Source: a virus (lineage: Duplodnaviria > Caudoviricetes). From it: a DNA stretch of 35,264 nucleotides. The stretch spans positions 1 to 35,264 of the IMG/VR virus record IMGVR_UViG_3300049828_000123, one strand, 5' to 3'. Position 1 is the first letter of the stretch. Each line of letters starts with the position of its first letter. The notes under the pieces were generated by a model, which was not told the DNA's origin, made no database searches, and worked only from the letters and a program-made list of their open reading frames with translations. A program made the position numbers and the translations under genes. Below are positions 35,253-35,264 of the stretch, one piece after another.

Positions 35253-35264
35253 AGTTTAGTATCC

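Noticed and set aside
35256-35264. GGA TAC TAA (Gly-Tyr-stop) on the minus strand as the end of a terminase large subunit gene
   Set aside because: It is plausible from gene order, but 9 nt cannot support a feature call.
1-35264. tRNA genes, integrase/repressor, phage RNA polymerase, alternative genetic code
   Set aside because: None was recognised. Intergenic gaps are short, and all three stop codons end genes normally under the standard code.

Overview
A 35-kb slice of a lytic, podovirus-type dsDNA phage genome, probably infecting a Gram-negative host (it encodes a Rz/Rz1 spanin pair). There are two convergent arms that meet at a bidirectional terminator near 9300. The + arm (1-9286) holds a family A DNA polymerase split into two ORFs around a free-standing HNH endonuclease. 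It continues with an SSB, a 5'-3' exonuclease, an endonuclease I-like resolvase, a LAGLIDADG endonuclease, a DnaQ-like exonuclease, holin and spanins, a DUF3310 protein, a B12-dependent class II ribonucleotide reductase and a small acidic ORF. The - arm (35252-9304) holds portal, GroES, scaffold, capsid proteins, a glycosyltransferase/methyltransferase pair, tail and appendage proteins, adaptor, nozzle, several ejection-type proteins (the largest carries an HExxH motif) and a GH108 endolysin. The most unusual signal is that both homing endonucleases sit at the 5' end of a nucleic-acid-metabolism gene and carry that gene's start signals inside a hairpin at their own 3' end. In the polymerase, catalytic motif A (DAKAL/EW) is broken by 4 extra nucleotides (CTT-C-CTT) that pair with the Shine-Dalgarno, so an active enzyme would need recoding unless this is a sequence error. 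All assignments come from motif recognition by eye; no searches were run.
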